Assembly (NCBI GenBank): GCA_963836235.1
Contig: CAWIIP010000005.1
Span: forward strand, 69,353-133,352
Direction: 5' to 3'
DNA: 64,000 bases
Origin: an uncultured Pseudomonadota bacterium
GTDB taxonomy: Bacteria; Oederibacteriota; Muellerivitia; Muellerivitales; Muellerivitaceae
Shown here piece after piece: positions 37,619-46,957 of this stretch. Within the stretch, counting starts at the first letter, position 1; each line of letters opens with the position of its first letter. The notes under the pieces are model-generated. The model did not search any database and was not told the DNA's origin. It saw only the letters and a list, made by a program, of their open reading frames with translations. The position numbers were made by a program, and so were the translations under genes.

Positions 37619-38641
37619 ATGTCGTCGTTGAAAAGCACAAACACCAGTCAAGAAAACTTGGGAAATTCCAACCATCAACCGGCGCCAATGCCGCTTCAGG
37701 GAACGCCCCGGGCATCAGGCGGGGGCAAAACCTTCGTCCGGATTTTGATCGCCCTCGTGTTGATTGCGGGCGTGGCGGGAAGCTTGTATTTTTTCCTGGG
37801 GAAAACCCCTAAAGATTTCAAAGTCCAGTCCCTCGTTACCTTTTACGGAAATAACAACAAATGCGGGGCTTTTAATGCCTGGGGCATCGGGCCCGTTGGG
37901 AAGGACAAGGTGATGGTGGTGGACCAAGCGAACAACCGCATCTTGGTTTTCGATCGAAAAGGTAACTTCTTAAAAAGCTGGGGAAAACTCGGATCGGGCC
38001 CTATGGGCTTTCATAGCCCCACTGGAATGGTTTCGGACGACAAAATCGGCTACGTGATCGACTCCTGGAACAGCGCCATCAAAGGTTATGACGAAAATGG
38101 AAAACAAGTGTTTAAGCTTGATTTGGGAGACAAAAAGCTTTACGGCCCCCGGGGAATCGGCTTTGACGGAAAGAATTTCCTCCTGGCCGACACGGGAAAC
38201 CATCGGATCCTTTTGATCACACCCGATGGCCATACCGCCGTCTTTTGGGGAACAATGGGTGCAGAAGAAGGTCAATTCAATGAACCCGCTGATGTCGTTT
38301 CAGACGGCAAAGGAAATTATTTCGTGGCGGACACGCTAAACAACCGCGTCCAATGGTTAGATCAAGATGGAAAGGTGGTTAAAGTTTTTAAATTAGAAAA
38401 GAATGTAGCGGTTGTAACCCTGGATCAGGACGGAAGGCTTTATGTGTCAACCGCTACCAAGGATGGAGCCAGTTGCGTAATGGTTTACAGTCTCAAAAAG
38501 GGTTACTTGGGCGAACTTAAGGACGAAAACGGCTCTTTGGTTCCGGTGGACCGAGGCATGGCGGTTAGTTCAGATGATGTTTTAATGATTGCAGACAGTG
38601 ACCACGTTAATTTGTACCAAGTGCCTGCCACTGACCCCTGA
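37619..38641 (+). CDS. Membrane-anchored NHL-repeat beta-propeller protein (paralog 3)
   Basis: N-terminal tail, one TM helix (FVRILIALVLIAGVAGSLYFFL), then NHL blades. About 75% identical to 28660-29682. Confidence 0.7.
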   Translation: MSSLKSTNTSQENLGNSNHQPAPMPLQGTPRASGGGKTFVRILIALVLIAGVAGSLYFFLGKTPKDFKVQSLVTFYGNNNKCGAFNAWGIGPVGKDKVMVVDQANNRILVFDRKGNFLKSWGKLGSGPMGFHSPTGMVSDDKIGYVIDSWNSAIKGYDENGKQVFKLDLGDKKLYGPRGIGFDGKNFLLADTGNHRILLITPDGHTAVFWGTMGAEEGQFNEPADVVSDGKGNYFVADTLNNRVQWLDQDGKVVKVFKLEKNVAVVTLDQDGRLYVSTATKDGASCVMVYSLKKGYLGELKDENGSLVPVDRGMAVSSDDVLMIADSDHVNLYQVPATDP

Positions 38642-38744
38642 TGGTTGTAAATTCGATCTTATTAGAAAACGTTCACCGAATCGGGCGAGCTTTAAAAAGC
38701 TTCCTGCCGACAGAATTTAAAAAAAAGTTAAACCTTAATTCGCA

Positions 38745-40639
38745 TTATCTACGCTTCTTAACCTTCGGCTTCTTCCCTAGAACGCGCCATATCCCATAGG
38801 ACAAGAATCCCGCGCAGGTGGCGAAGGCATCTCCGGTAGCGGCCTCGCCGGTATTCTCATCCACCGATTCACAGGCGATCCCATTGTCCATTTTGGCGTT
38901 CTTGAGAAACTTCAAGGCCCTGTCTTTTTGCTCCGCCAGCAGGCTGTTCACCGAAGCCAAAACCCAGGGGTGGGGGGCGTGGGCGCAGCCCACTTCCTCA
39001 AAGGGCTTGCCCGGGAAGGAATAGGGATAGTCCGCCGAGTAAATCCAATCCCGGCACCTCTTCCAAAGGGGGTAAGAAACCTTGCAAAATCCGTAATGGG
39101 GCAGAAGCAAAAGACTTCCGGGCGGTTCGTCGTAAAGCATGTGGCCGTTTTTCGGTTCCAGGTCCGCCGACCAGGCGAACATGCGGCCCTTGGGGCCCTT
39201 CACCACGCAATAGCGGATGATGGCGGCCTTCACCAGGCCCGCTTGGCGTTGGAGGCGGCTGATTTTGACCGACAAAAGCTTGTTCTTCTCCATGCGGTAA
39301 ATCTGAGCTAAGTCCATCAAGGCCCGCCAGACCAGGACGTTGTCGTAGGTCACATAGCGTTGGGGCCAAGGGTCATCGGAGGGCAGTAGCCAGGTTTGGT
39401 ACAGGTCTTTCTTAGGGTGCTTCTTCAGCTGCCAATTCCCTCTCGAACCTCTCCAGGCTTTCCCGAACCCCCGGCTGGTTTAAAAAGCCCAGGTCCCGGG
39501 TGGCCTCCAGGTAATTCCTCAGGGCGATCAACTGGCGCGCAAAACTCATCCAGTTCAAACCCCGGTTCCAATACCGCCCCGTTCAAATAACGGCTATGCA
39601 CTCCGAAATTCCTCGCCTGCCGGGTAAAGACGTAACCCAGGACTTTCCGGGCCCATTCCGGGTCCAAGGCCAGAATCGAGGGGAAGGACCAAAGCAGGGT
39701 ATCCCTGTCCCAATAGGCCCCACTGACATAATAACGGTTGCTTCGGGAAGTCAGGCAAACCGTTTCTTCCGTGTCGATGGTCACCCCGGTCGCGTAAAAG
39801 CGGTTGAAGAAGGCGTTCACGTTCATCAGGCTATCCAGCTGGGGGTCCTTGGTTTTGGTGGTCCGCTGTTTCTCTCCCAGCCACTTCACCGTTTGCTGCC
39901 GGAGGGCCTTCCCGCCCGTCCTTTGCAGTTCCCTAGCGGAGGAGAAGGCGCCGATCTCATCCAACCCGAGCCCGAAATAAAAGTGGGCCTGCCAGGCCTC
40001 TCCCTTTTTCACTTCCTTGGATTGAAGCCAATGTAAAAGCAGGCTCTCCTCCCCTTCCAATAAGGTTTCCCGTCCCGTGGGATTTAAGGCTTGAAGGCCT
40101 TTGCGGAAGAAGAAGCGGCTGGTCTTATCTTGGGGATAGGGTGCCAAGGCAACCAGGGGGGCGGGCGAACGGAATTCGAGGGCCGGCATGTCCTCCCAAG
40201 TCTTGGCCACTAAAAAGCGGCTTCCTTGGAGGGGTTTGGTGACATTGATGCTATGCAAAAGGGAAGACCAAGCTATATCCGCAGAAAGGCCGCAATAGAA
40301 GGAGTTCTGGGAAAGGTTGGAGATCCTCAGGGAAAGAACAAAACCCCTTTGGCCGAAGGGGCAAAAGTAAAGACCTTCCACTTCCAGCCAATCTTCCTTC
40401 AGACGGAACTTCGGCAGCCAGTCCCCTTCCCTTTCCCAGGTGAAGCGGCCATCCAGGACCAAATCCTCGTCATTGATGGTGATCCGGGGGGTCAAAAAGG
40501 GGGTCGCCCCTCCTGAAAAAGCCAATAGGCCGTTCGCGCCCATGTGAATGACATTCACCTGTTCCACCGCCCCATCCCTTTCACGGATGGTTGGCAGGGC
40601 CACATACTCGTTGCCAGTCGGGATGTATTTTTCTTTCAT
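38745..40639 (-). pseudogene. Frameshift-disrupted glycoside-hydrolase-like gene: N-terminal beta-sandwich plus (alpha/alpha)6-barrel; GH15/GH125/GDE-type, family uncertain
   Basis: Two adjacent ORFs (39425-40639 and 38745-39353) lie in different frames. The upstream ORF ends in a low-complexity tail (DRPEELPGGHPGPGLFKPAGGSGKPG). The downstream frame stays open upstream to 39479 (…DLYQTWLLPSDDPWPQRYVTYDNVLVWRAL). Both pieces look like parts of one (alpha/alpha)6 glycosidase (YVSGAYWDRDTLLW; NVLVWRAL). Confidence 0.4.
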
Positions 40640-40711
40640 TCAATCATTTCCTTTAAGCCGTCTTTGCCGGGGATTTCCGGAACATCATAACGATGTTTTG
40701 AAGCCGTATCC

Positions 40712-42805
40712 TCACTGATTCGATGGCCGGTAAGCCCCCTGTTGCACCAGGTAATCCAGGCCCCTTTTGGCCTCCGCGTGATCCGGTTGGAGTTTCAACA
40801 CCTTTTCGAATAATTTGCCCGCCAGGGCATTATTGCCCGTCTGTAAAGCCACGACGGCCCAGTTGAAATAAGCGACGATATATTGGGGATCGAGTTGGGC
40901 GGCCTTTTCATACCAAGCCAAGGCATCGTTCACCCGGCCTACGTGGTAACAAGCGTTCCCCAGGTTATAGGCATATTGAGCATTTTGGGGGTCCCATTTC
41001 TGGGCCCACTGGAAACAATTCAAAGACCTCTCATAATCCTGTTCAAGTGTCAACAAATCAGCGGCCTTGGAATGGGACGTGAGTTGGGCCTTGGCGTCGT
41101 CCCCCTTGTCCTCATAAAAAGTCCCCAGGCTGTTGCGGAAAACGCCGTAATCCTTATAAATAAAATTGCGAGTCTGATCATCCATGACAAACCCGGCTTC
41201 CACCATGTGCCTCAACCTCAGGGCGTTCCAAACCGCGTCGGAACGGGCCTCGTCCAGAACCAGCTTTTCCCCCGGCAAAAAACCCTTACCCGTCACCCCA
41301 TAAAGAACCATTTTAATTTCCGGCAGGGGCCCGTCTTTATAACGGTTATAGCTGAAATAAAGTTCCCGGTCCGGGTTCTTATCGATCATCCATTTCGCCA
41401 AGGGGGATACCGCTTCATTACCCATCGGCTGGGTGGTTCGGGGAACTTTCAAACCCGGATGGAATCGGGCCAGATTCGCCCGTACCCATTCCATAGGCAA
41501 GCCGTCGATACCCACCATCGCGACGTCGGGACGCTTTTGTTCCACCCATTGGAAATACCAGGCGGGAAAAATGATGGTGTCGCCCCGGCAAAGGTACAAG
41601 GCGTTTCGGGGAAGGGCCTTGAATCCGTTCAAAACCGAATCGTAGGAATAGGTGTAATCAGTCTGCCTTTCGGTGGAAAAACGATGGACGGCCAACCCCA
41701 CCAGCCAAAGAAGAACAAAGCCAAAAATTATTTTTTCAATCCTCGGTCTCCATTCCGCCTTCAAAATTGAAAGACCGGTTTCCAAACCCCAGGCCGAAAA
41801 CAGAAGAATGAACAAATGGGCGGTCATCCCATACTCTTGGATGAGAAAAAACTTTTCCTTTGAGAGATTCAGGTAAATTCCTAAAATCAAAACGATGGAA
41901 ACCCACGGCGCGATAAATACCCAAGCCCAGGATTTCAGGGGAGACCACCGTCGAACCGCGTAGATTCCCCCGAAAGCCGCCAAAAGCATTCCCCCAAATT
42001 CCCAGAAAGCCGCTTGAAGATAGGTCCACCACTGTTGAAACCAGACCAAGGGACCCCCACCCACATCGGGCGCCAGATATTGGCTTCTTAAAAAGTCATA
42101 AACAAAGTTATGCCACGTGACGGGATTGCCCCAATTCAAAGCCGGGCCTTGAAGCGACCTCAGGGGAAGTAAAAGATAAAGGGAAAGGCCCAATAAGCCG
42201 GCGGAAGCCAATTGGATCAAGGGCTTTTGTTCAAACCCTTTTTCCTTCCATCTAAAATAAAAGAAAAGGCTGAAGCCCGGAAGGTAAGCCATCATGGTCA
42301 TCCAGTGATTGGCGAAGGAAAGCCCCAAAAGAAAGCCAAAAAATAATAGGCGCCCTTCGAAGAAGGCCCAAAGGATCGCCAGAACGAAAAGAGCCGTCAA
42401 TTGATAGATACCGGTCTTGGCGCTTAAGGCGGCCGGAAAGGTGGTGGCCCCGGCCAGCCAAAAGAGGGCGAAAAGGGCGGCCCATCGGTTGGAGACATGG
42501 AGTTTTTGCCTCAAAAAACCGTAAAGCAGCAGGCAAACCCCCGCCGCCAGACAGGCGGACAAGAGGTTCACCCGGAAGGGGTAATGGGACAGGGGAAGGC
42601 GGGAGAAAAGGAACCCCATTAGGGTGAAAAGGGGGTAACCGGGCGGGTGGGGTATCCCCAAACTCACACTGGCGGTGACTGTTTCCGGGCTGTCATCCGC
42701 GTAGAAAGTGGGATTCAGCCCCACCAGAGCGAAGGAAAAAACCAGAAAAACCAGGAGAAAGGGCGTCAGCCGCTCCCATCGGTTGGTTGGGGGAAGGTTG
42801 TCCAT
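40712..42805 (-). CDS. DUF2723 (TMEM260-like) GT-C-fold membrane protein with C-terminal TPR repeats
   Basis: N-terminal motif YADDSPETVTASVSLGIPHPPGYPLFTLMGFLF is the DUF2723 signature, followed by about 11 TM helices. The C-terminal ~180 aa have 3-4 TPR repeats (AQYAYNLGNACYHVGRVNDALAWYEKAAQLDPQY...). Confidence 0.7.
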   Translation of the reverse strand: MDNLPPTNRWERLTPFLLVFLVFSFALVGLNPTFYADDSPETVTASVSLGIPHPPGYPLFTLMGFLFSRLPLSHYPFRVNLLSACLAAGVCLLLYGFLRQKLHVSNRWAALFALFWLAGATTFPAALSAKTGIYQLTALFVLAILWAFFEGRLLFFGFLLGLSFANHWMTMMAYLPGFSLFFYFRWKEKGFEQKPLIQLASAGLLGLSLYLLLPLRSLQGPALNWGNPVTWHNFVYDFLRSQYLAPDVGGGPLVWFQQWWTYLQAAFWEFGGMLLAAFGGIYAVRRWSPLKSWAWVFIAPWVSIVLILGIYLNLSKEKFFLIQEYGMTAHLFILLFSAWGLETGLSILKAEWRPRIEKIIFGFVLLWLVGLAVHRFSTERQTDYTYSYDSVLNGFKALPRNALYLCRGDTIIFPAWYFQWVEQKRPDVAMVGIDGLPMEWVRANLARFHPGLKVPRTTQPMGNEAVSPLAKWMIDKNPDRELYFSYNRYKDGPLPEIKMVLYGVTGKGFLPGEKLVLDEARSDAVWNALRLRHMVEAGFVMDDQTRNFIYKDYGVFRNSLGTFYEDKGDDAKAQLTSHSKAADLLTLEQDYERSLNCFQWAQKWDPQNAQYAYNLGNACYHVGRVNDALAWYEKAAQLDPQYIVAYFNWAVVALQTGNNALAGKLFEKVLKLQPDHAEAKRGLDYLVQQGAYRPSNQ

Positions 42806-43081
42806 AGACGGGACATTTTAACCAAGGATGAATAAAGAAGAGTTTAAATTTTAAGAATTTACGGCCATATCAACCACGACTATTGGAGTTAACCCAACTT
42901 CGTCGCGATTAGTTGCTCCGGCGTCCACCGGATCGGCGGTCCCCTTTGCGCGGAGCCCCGGGGCGTTTGTCGATCAACCGGCCCGGAAAACGCCGGTCAC
43001 CTGGTTTCCGGCGTTCAGCTTTTCGTTTATTGATAACGGCACCGGTCTTTTTCTTTTTCAACATGCCCAAGCCTCCTTACC

Positions 43082-44836
43082 CTAAAACAAAATGGCCCGT
43101 AACTCGGACGGAACGTTATCTCGGATCAGCTTCAACACCTCATCGGAGGTCTTCATTTGCAGGGCGGCCTTGGCGATTTCCTTGGATTTCTCGAAGGGCA
43201 TCATGCGGATGACCTTCTTGATTTCCGGGATGACGGAAACGCTCACCGAAAACTCATCCAGCCCCATCCCCAGCAGAAGCGGGACAAACTGTGGGTCGCC
43301 GGCCATCTCGCCGCACATGCCTACCCATTTCCCGGCGTTGTGGCAGGCGTCCACCGTCATCCGAATCAGCCGCAGGATAGCGGGATTAAGCGGGTCATAA
43401 AGATAAGCCACCGATTCGTTCACCCGGTCCACCGCCAGGGTATATTGGATGAGGTCGTTGGTACCAATCGAAAGGAAGTCCAGTTCTTGAATGAGAATAT
43501 CCGCCACTACCGCCGCGGAGGGGATTTCGATCATGGCGCCCACCTCGATGCCGGAACGGAAAATCTGCCCCTCTTTCTTCAACTGTTGAACGCACTGGTT
43601 GAGGAGCACTTTTGATTCACGAACTTCCGCCAAGGTGGAAATCATCGGAAACATAACTTTGATAGGCCCATGGGCCGCGGCTTTGAGGATGGCCCGAAGC
43701 TGGGCCTTAAAAAGGTCCGGGCGCTTCAGGCATAAACGGATGGCCCTTAACCCCAGGAAAGGATTACTTTCGTTGAAGGCGTTGAGGTGGGATAAAAACT
43801 TATCCCCGCCCAGGTCGAGTGTCCGGATGATGGCTGGATTGACCCCCGTTTTGGTAGCCAGTTCTTTGTAGGCTAAGTACTGTTCCTCTTCCGTCGGAAT
43901 CTCCTCCCGGTTCAGGAACAAAAACTCGGTTCGGAAGAGCCCAATCCCTTCCGCGCCATGCTTGAAAATTTCATCCAATTCCTGGGGAATCTCAATATTG
44001 GCGGCCAGGGTCACTTGGTGCCCATCCGGGGTTGTCGCGGGAAGGTTGCGCAGTTCTTCCAGGCTCTTCTGAAAAGCCTCGTAACTGTCTTTTAACCGCT
44101 GATACTGCTTAAGCGTGGGGGGGAGGGGGTTTACCACCACCAGGCCCTTGTTGCCGTCCACGATGATCATGTCCCCGTCTTGTACTTCGGCGGTAAGAGT
44201 TTGCATGCCCAGGACCGCCGGAAGCCCCAAGGAACGGGCGACGATAGCCACGTGGGAAGTCCGCCCCCCCACATCCGTGCAGAAGCCCTTGACGGTGCCG
44301 GTTTGCATGCTGACCGTATCGGAAGGCGCCAGGTCGTTGGCGATAACAATGACTTCCCGGTCCAGTTTCTTTAGTTGGTCCTTCTCGGCGCCGGTTAGGT
44401 TCTGGACAAGACGATTACCTACGTCCTGGATATCCCCGCCCCTTTCCCGGAAATAATTATCGTCGAGGGACGCCATAACCGTTTTAAACTTTTCCAGCCC
44501 CTCATACAGGAGGAACTCGGCGTTCAAACGGCGGGTTTGGATAGATTTGGGGATTTCCTCCATGAAAAGGGGGTCATCCAGGACCACTTGGTGGGCTTGG
44601 AATATCGCGGCGTGTTCTTCCCCTAATTTCGCCTTCATCTTTTCTTCAAGTTCCGAGATTTGGACACGGGTTTTCTCGAGCGATAACTGGTAACGGTCCA
44701 GTTCGTCCTTGATCTCCTCGGCCCTTAAATTCCGCCGGGGCGCGGAAAGACCTTGCGGATGGTAAAGAAAAGCGGGGCCGATGGCGATGCCGCCGGAAGC
44801 CGGAATTCCATTGTAAATTTTCTCTGCCACGAACAA
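43082..44836 (-). CDS. ptsI: Phosphoenolpyruvate-protein phosphotransferase (PTS Enzyme I)
   Basis: 584 aa. Phosphohistidine-domain motif GGRTSHVAIVARSLGLP and the PEP-utilizing C-terminal domain. Confidence 0.9.
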   Translation of the reverse strand: MFVAEKIYNGIPASGGIAIGPAFLYHPQGLSAPRRNLRAEEIKDELDRYQLSLEKTRVQISELEEKMKAKLGEEHAAIFQAHQVVLDDPLFMEEIPKSIQTRRLNAEFLLYEGLEKFKTVMASLDDNYFRERGGDIQDVGNRLVQNLTGAEKDQLKKLDREVIVIANDLAPSDTVSMQTGTVKGFCTDVGGRTSHVAIVARSLGLPAVLGMQTLTAEVQDGDMIIVDGNKGLVVVNPLPPTLKQYQRLKDSYEAFQKSLEELRNLPATTPDGHQVTLAANIEIPQELDEIFKHGAEGIGLFRTEFLFLNREEIPTEEEQYLAYKELATKTGVNPAIIRTLDLGGDKFLSHLNAFNESNPFLGLRAIRLCLKRPDLFKAQLRAILKAAAHGPIKVMFPMISTLAEVRESKVLLNQCVQQLKKEGQIFRSGIEVGAMIEIPSAAVVADILIQELDFLSIGTNDLIQYTLAVDRVNESVAYLYDPLNPAILRLIRMTVDACHNAGKWVGMCGEMAGDPQFVPLLLGMGLDEFSVSVSVIPEIKKVIRMMPFEKSKEIAKAALQMKTSDEVLKLIRDNVPSELRAILF

Positions 44837-44935
44837 CTCCTTTAAATTTCAGCCATTGGCGGTCAGCGGGTGGCTGGCAGCTTGTTTATCTTTCATATTT
44901 TGCTGACAGCCATCGGCTGCCGGCTAAAAGCCGGT

Positions 44936-45208
44936 TTATTCCTTTTCCCCGAACTTGTTTGCGAATAGCTGTTTTAAAGCCGCCAAGGCTTCTTTGGCGT
45001 CGTCACCCTCGGCCGTCATTTCCAATTCCGTTCCCTTGGCCGCGGCCAAAGTCATCAGGCCCATCAGGCTTTTAGCATTTACGTTTTGAATGCCGTGGTT
45101 GATAAAAATCTGGCTTTTGAATTTATTGGACACCTTCACCAACTCCGCGGCGGCCCTTAAATGAAGCCCCAGCTTATTGATGATGGGCAATTTTTCGGTT
45201 ACTTTCAT
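44936..45208 (-). CDS. ptsH: HPr-family phosphocarrier protein
   Basis: 90 aa. Active-site region NKLGLHLRAAAELV contains the catalytic His. Confidence 0.85.
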   Translation of the reverse strand: MKVTEKLPIINKLGLHLRAAAELVKVSNKFKSQIFINHGIQNVNAKSLMGLMTLAAAKGTELEMTAEGDDAKEALAALKQLFANKFGEKE

Positions 45209-45329
45209 TGGACTCCCCTTTGATCCTTCATTCTCCTACCCCCAAAAGAAGAGGGGGCGCCATCTTGTCTTTCATAAAAGGGTTGAACTTCAACCCGAAA
45301 ACGAGAAAGAAGATGGCATGTCCCCTGTT

Positions 45330-46181
45330 TCATTGCCCACTTCCCAGCGGGAGAACAGGGGGCGCACTCAGTGTCGGCCAAAAAGCCAGCATGAGAGCGA
45401 ATAAAACCGCGGCGTAAAACATTTGGCTGGGGCTGATCTTGCGGTGCAGGGCAAAGGTAAAAAGCCCTACAATCGCGGTAAAAAAAGTCAGCTTGAGAAT
45501 GAACAACCCCACTTCTTTTTCCAATACCGACAAGTTGACGAAAACAATCAAAACACCCAAAAGCAGGATGGAAGCCAGCTTTAAACCCCGAATCGCTTCC
45601 TGAAAACCATACTTTCGGAGGGTCAAAACCACCTGGTCGCTATGGCGATACCCTTGCAGGAATCCCATGAGCCGGATGCCCACATGGGCGATATTGAAAA
45701 CCGCCAGGAAGAGGAGCGGGATAATCCAATATTGCCCCTTGATCTGAAACGCGTGGGACAAAACCAGCGTCACCGCGATCAACCCGCAATAAGGGCGGAT
45801 GGTGGCCCAAAAAAGGTTGTCCCCCATGGCCGCGATAGGGCCCATCATTCCAATTTTTAGCGCGCTGATCTCGTCCTCTTTCTGCTTTTGCTTGTTTCTG
45901 GGCTCCTTCTGTTTGTCCTCTTCCATTCGAAGGATAGCCCCCAACACGAAGGAAGCCATGTAAGGATGGGTATTGAAATACTCCATGTGCCGGGTCATGG
46001 CCTGGGCCCTCTCCTCGCGCGAAGTGTAAATTTTTCTCAAGACCGGCATCAAGACAAAGGTTACCCCATAGCTCAAATAACGCTCGAAATTCCAAACCAC
46101 CTGGAGAAAAAAGACCCTCCAAAAACAATGGGCCAAGTCAAAGACCGTAACCCGGGCCGCGGGCTTCTCGTCGGGGGTCAA
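45330..46181 (-). CDS. PTS mannose/fructose/sorbose-family IID component
   Basis: EIID signature HMEYFNTHPYMASFVLGAILRMEE. 283 aa. Confidence 0.8.
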   Translation of the reverse strand: MTPDEKPAARVTVFDLAHCFWRVFFLQVVWNFERYLSYGVTFVLMPVLRKIYTSREERAQAMTRHMEYFNTHPYMASFVLGAILRMEEDKQKEPRNKQKQKEDEISALKIGMMGPIAAMGDNLFWATIRPYCGLIAVTLVLSHAFQIKGQYWIIPLLFLAVFNIAHVGIRLMGFLQGYRHSDQVVLTLRKYGFQEAIRGLKLASILLLGVLIVFVNLSVLEKEVGLFILKLTFFTAIVGLFTFALHRKISPSQMFYAAVLFALMLAFWPTLSAPPVLPLGSGQ

Positions 46182-46957
46182 GCGGGTTCCCCTTTCCCCA
46201 CGTAAAACAAGGTGAGGATAAACCCCGCGAAGAGGGCAATGGCGACGAGGTAAACTCCCGGCAAGGGCGACAAGACCGCCAGGGTCATCATGGACACAAT
46301 GGACAGGATCAAATAGATGGCGGTCTTTTTTTCAACCAAGAGGTCGATGACCGCCGAGCACCCTAGGGCCAAGAGAAGCCAATGGGCATAGTAAAAACCT
46401 TCTATGACCTTGCCATCCAAAAGGCTGCCTAAAAGCGTATAAAACCCGGCGCTGAAATGGGCGATGGTCAGGCAAGCCGCCGACACGAGGAACCCTTTCA
46501 ATAGTTGTTCCATCAACACGAAAAAGTTAATCCACTCAAATGTTTTTAAATGGGAGCTGAAGGCCATCCGCTGCGCGAAATGGAGCCACCGGACATGGAA
46601 CTTACGTAGGGCCACTTCGACCTCCGTGCTCAAAACCGCCAGGGGGATCGCGATTCCCAAAGCATAGGTCATGACGGCTTCGGGGCTTTGGCCTTTTACC
46701 AACCCACAGGCCAGGGCGACGGCGGTGCCCGTTAACATCGTCAGGTCCAGGGGTAAATGGGCGCCCACCGGCAAATCACCGATCCAAATGAGTTCTATCA
46801 AAGCCCCCATTTCCAATCCGATGTCGGCCCGTCCAATAAGCCAGCCCACCACCGGGCCGGTCACAATAGGCCTTGAAACCATAAACTGGCCGACCGCCGT
46901 CTCGTCTAAACTTAAAAAGGCCATCACGAGCGCGATGGAAAACCAGTGATCCATCAT
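46178..46957 (-). CDS. PTS mannose-family IIC component
   Basis: 259 aa with 6-7 TM helices. It lies between the IIB/GH57 genes and IID and overlaps both neighbours by 4 nt. Confidence 0.7.
   Translation of the reverse strand: MMDHWFSIALVMAFLSLDETAVGQFMVSRPIVTGPVVGWLIGRADIGLEMGALIELIWIGDLPVGAHLPLDLTMLTGTAVALACGLVKGQSPEAVMTYALGIAIPLAVLSTEVEVALRKFHVRWLHFAQRMAFSSHLKTFEWINFFVLMEQLLKGFLVSAACLTIAHFSAGFYTLLGSLLDGKVIEGFYYAHWLLLALGCSAVIDLLVEKKTAIYLILSIVSMMTLAVLSPLPGVYLVAIALFAGFILTLFYVGKGEPA

Noticed and set aside
38642-38744. Small palindrome AGCTTT-AA-AAAGCT between convergent NHL and glycosidase-like genes
   Set aside because: The 2-nt loop is too small for a stable hairpin. This is probably a chance palindrome, not a terminator.
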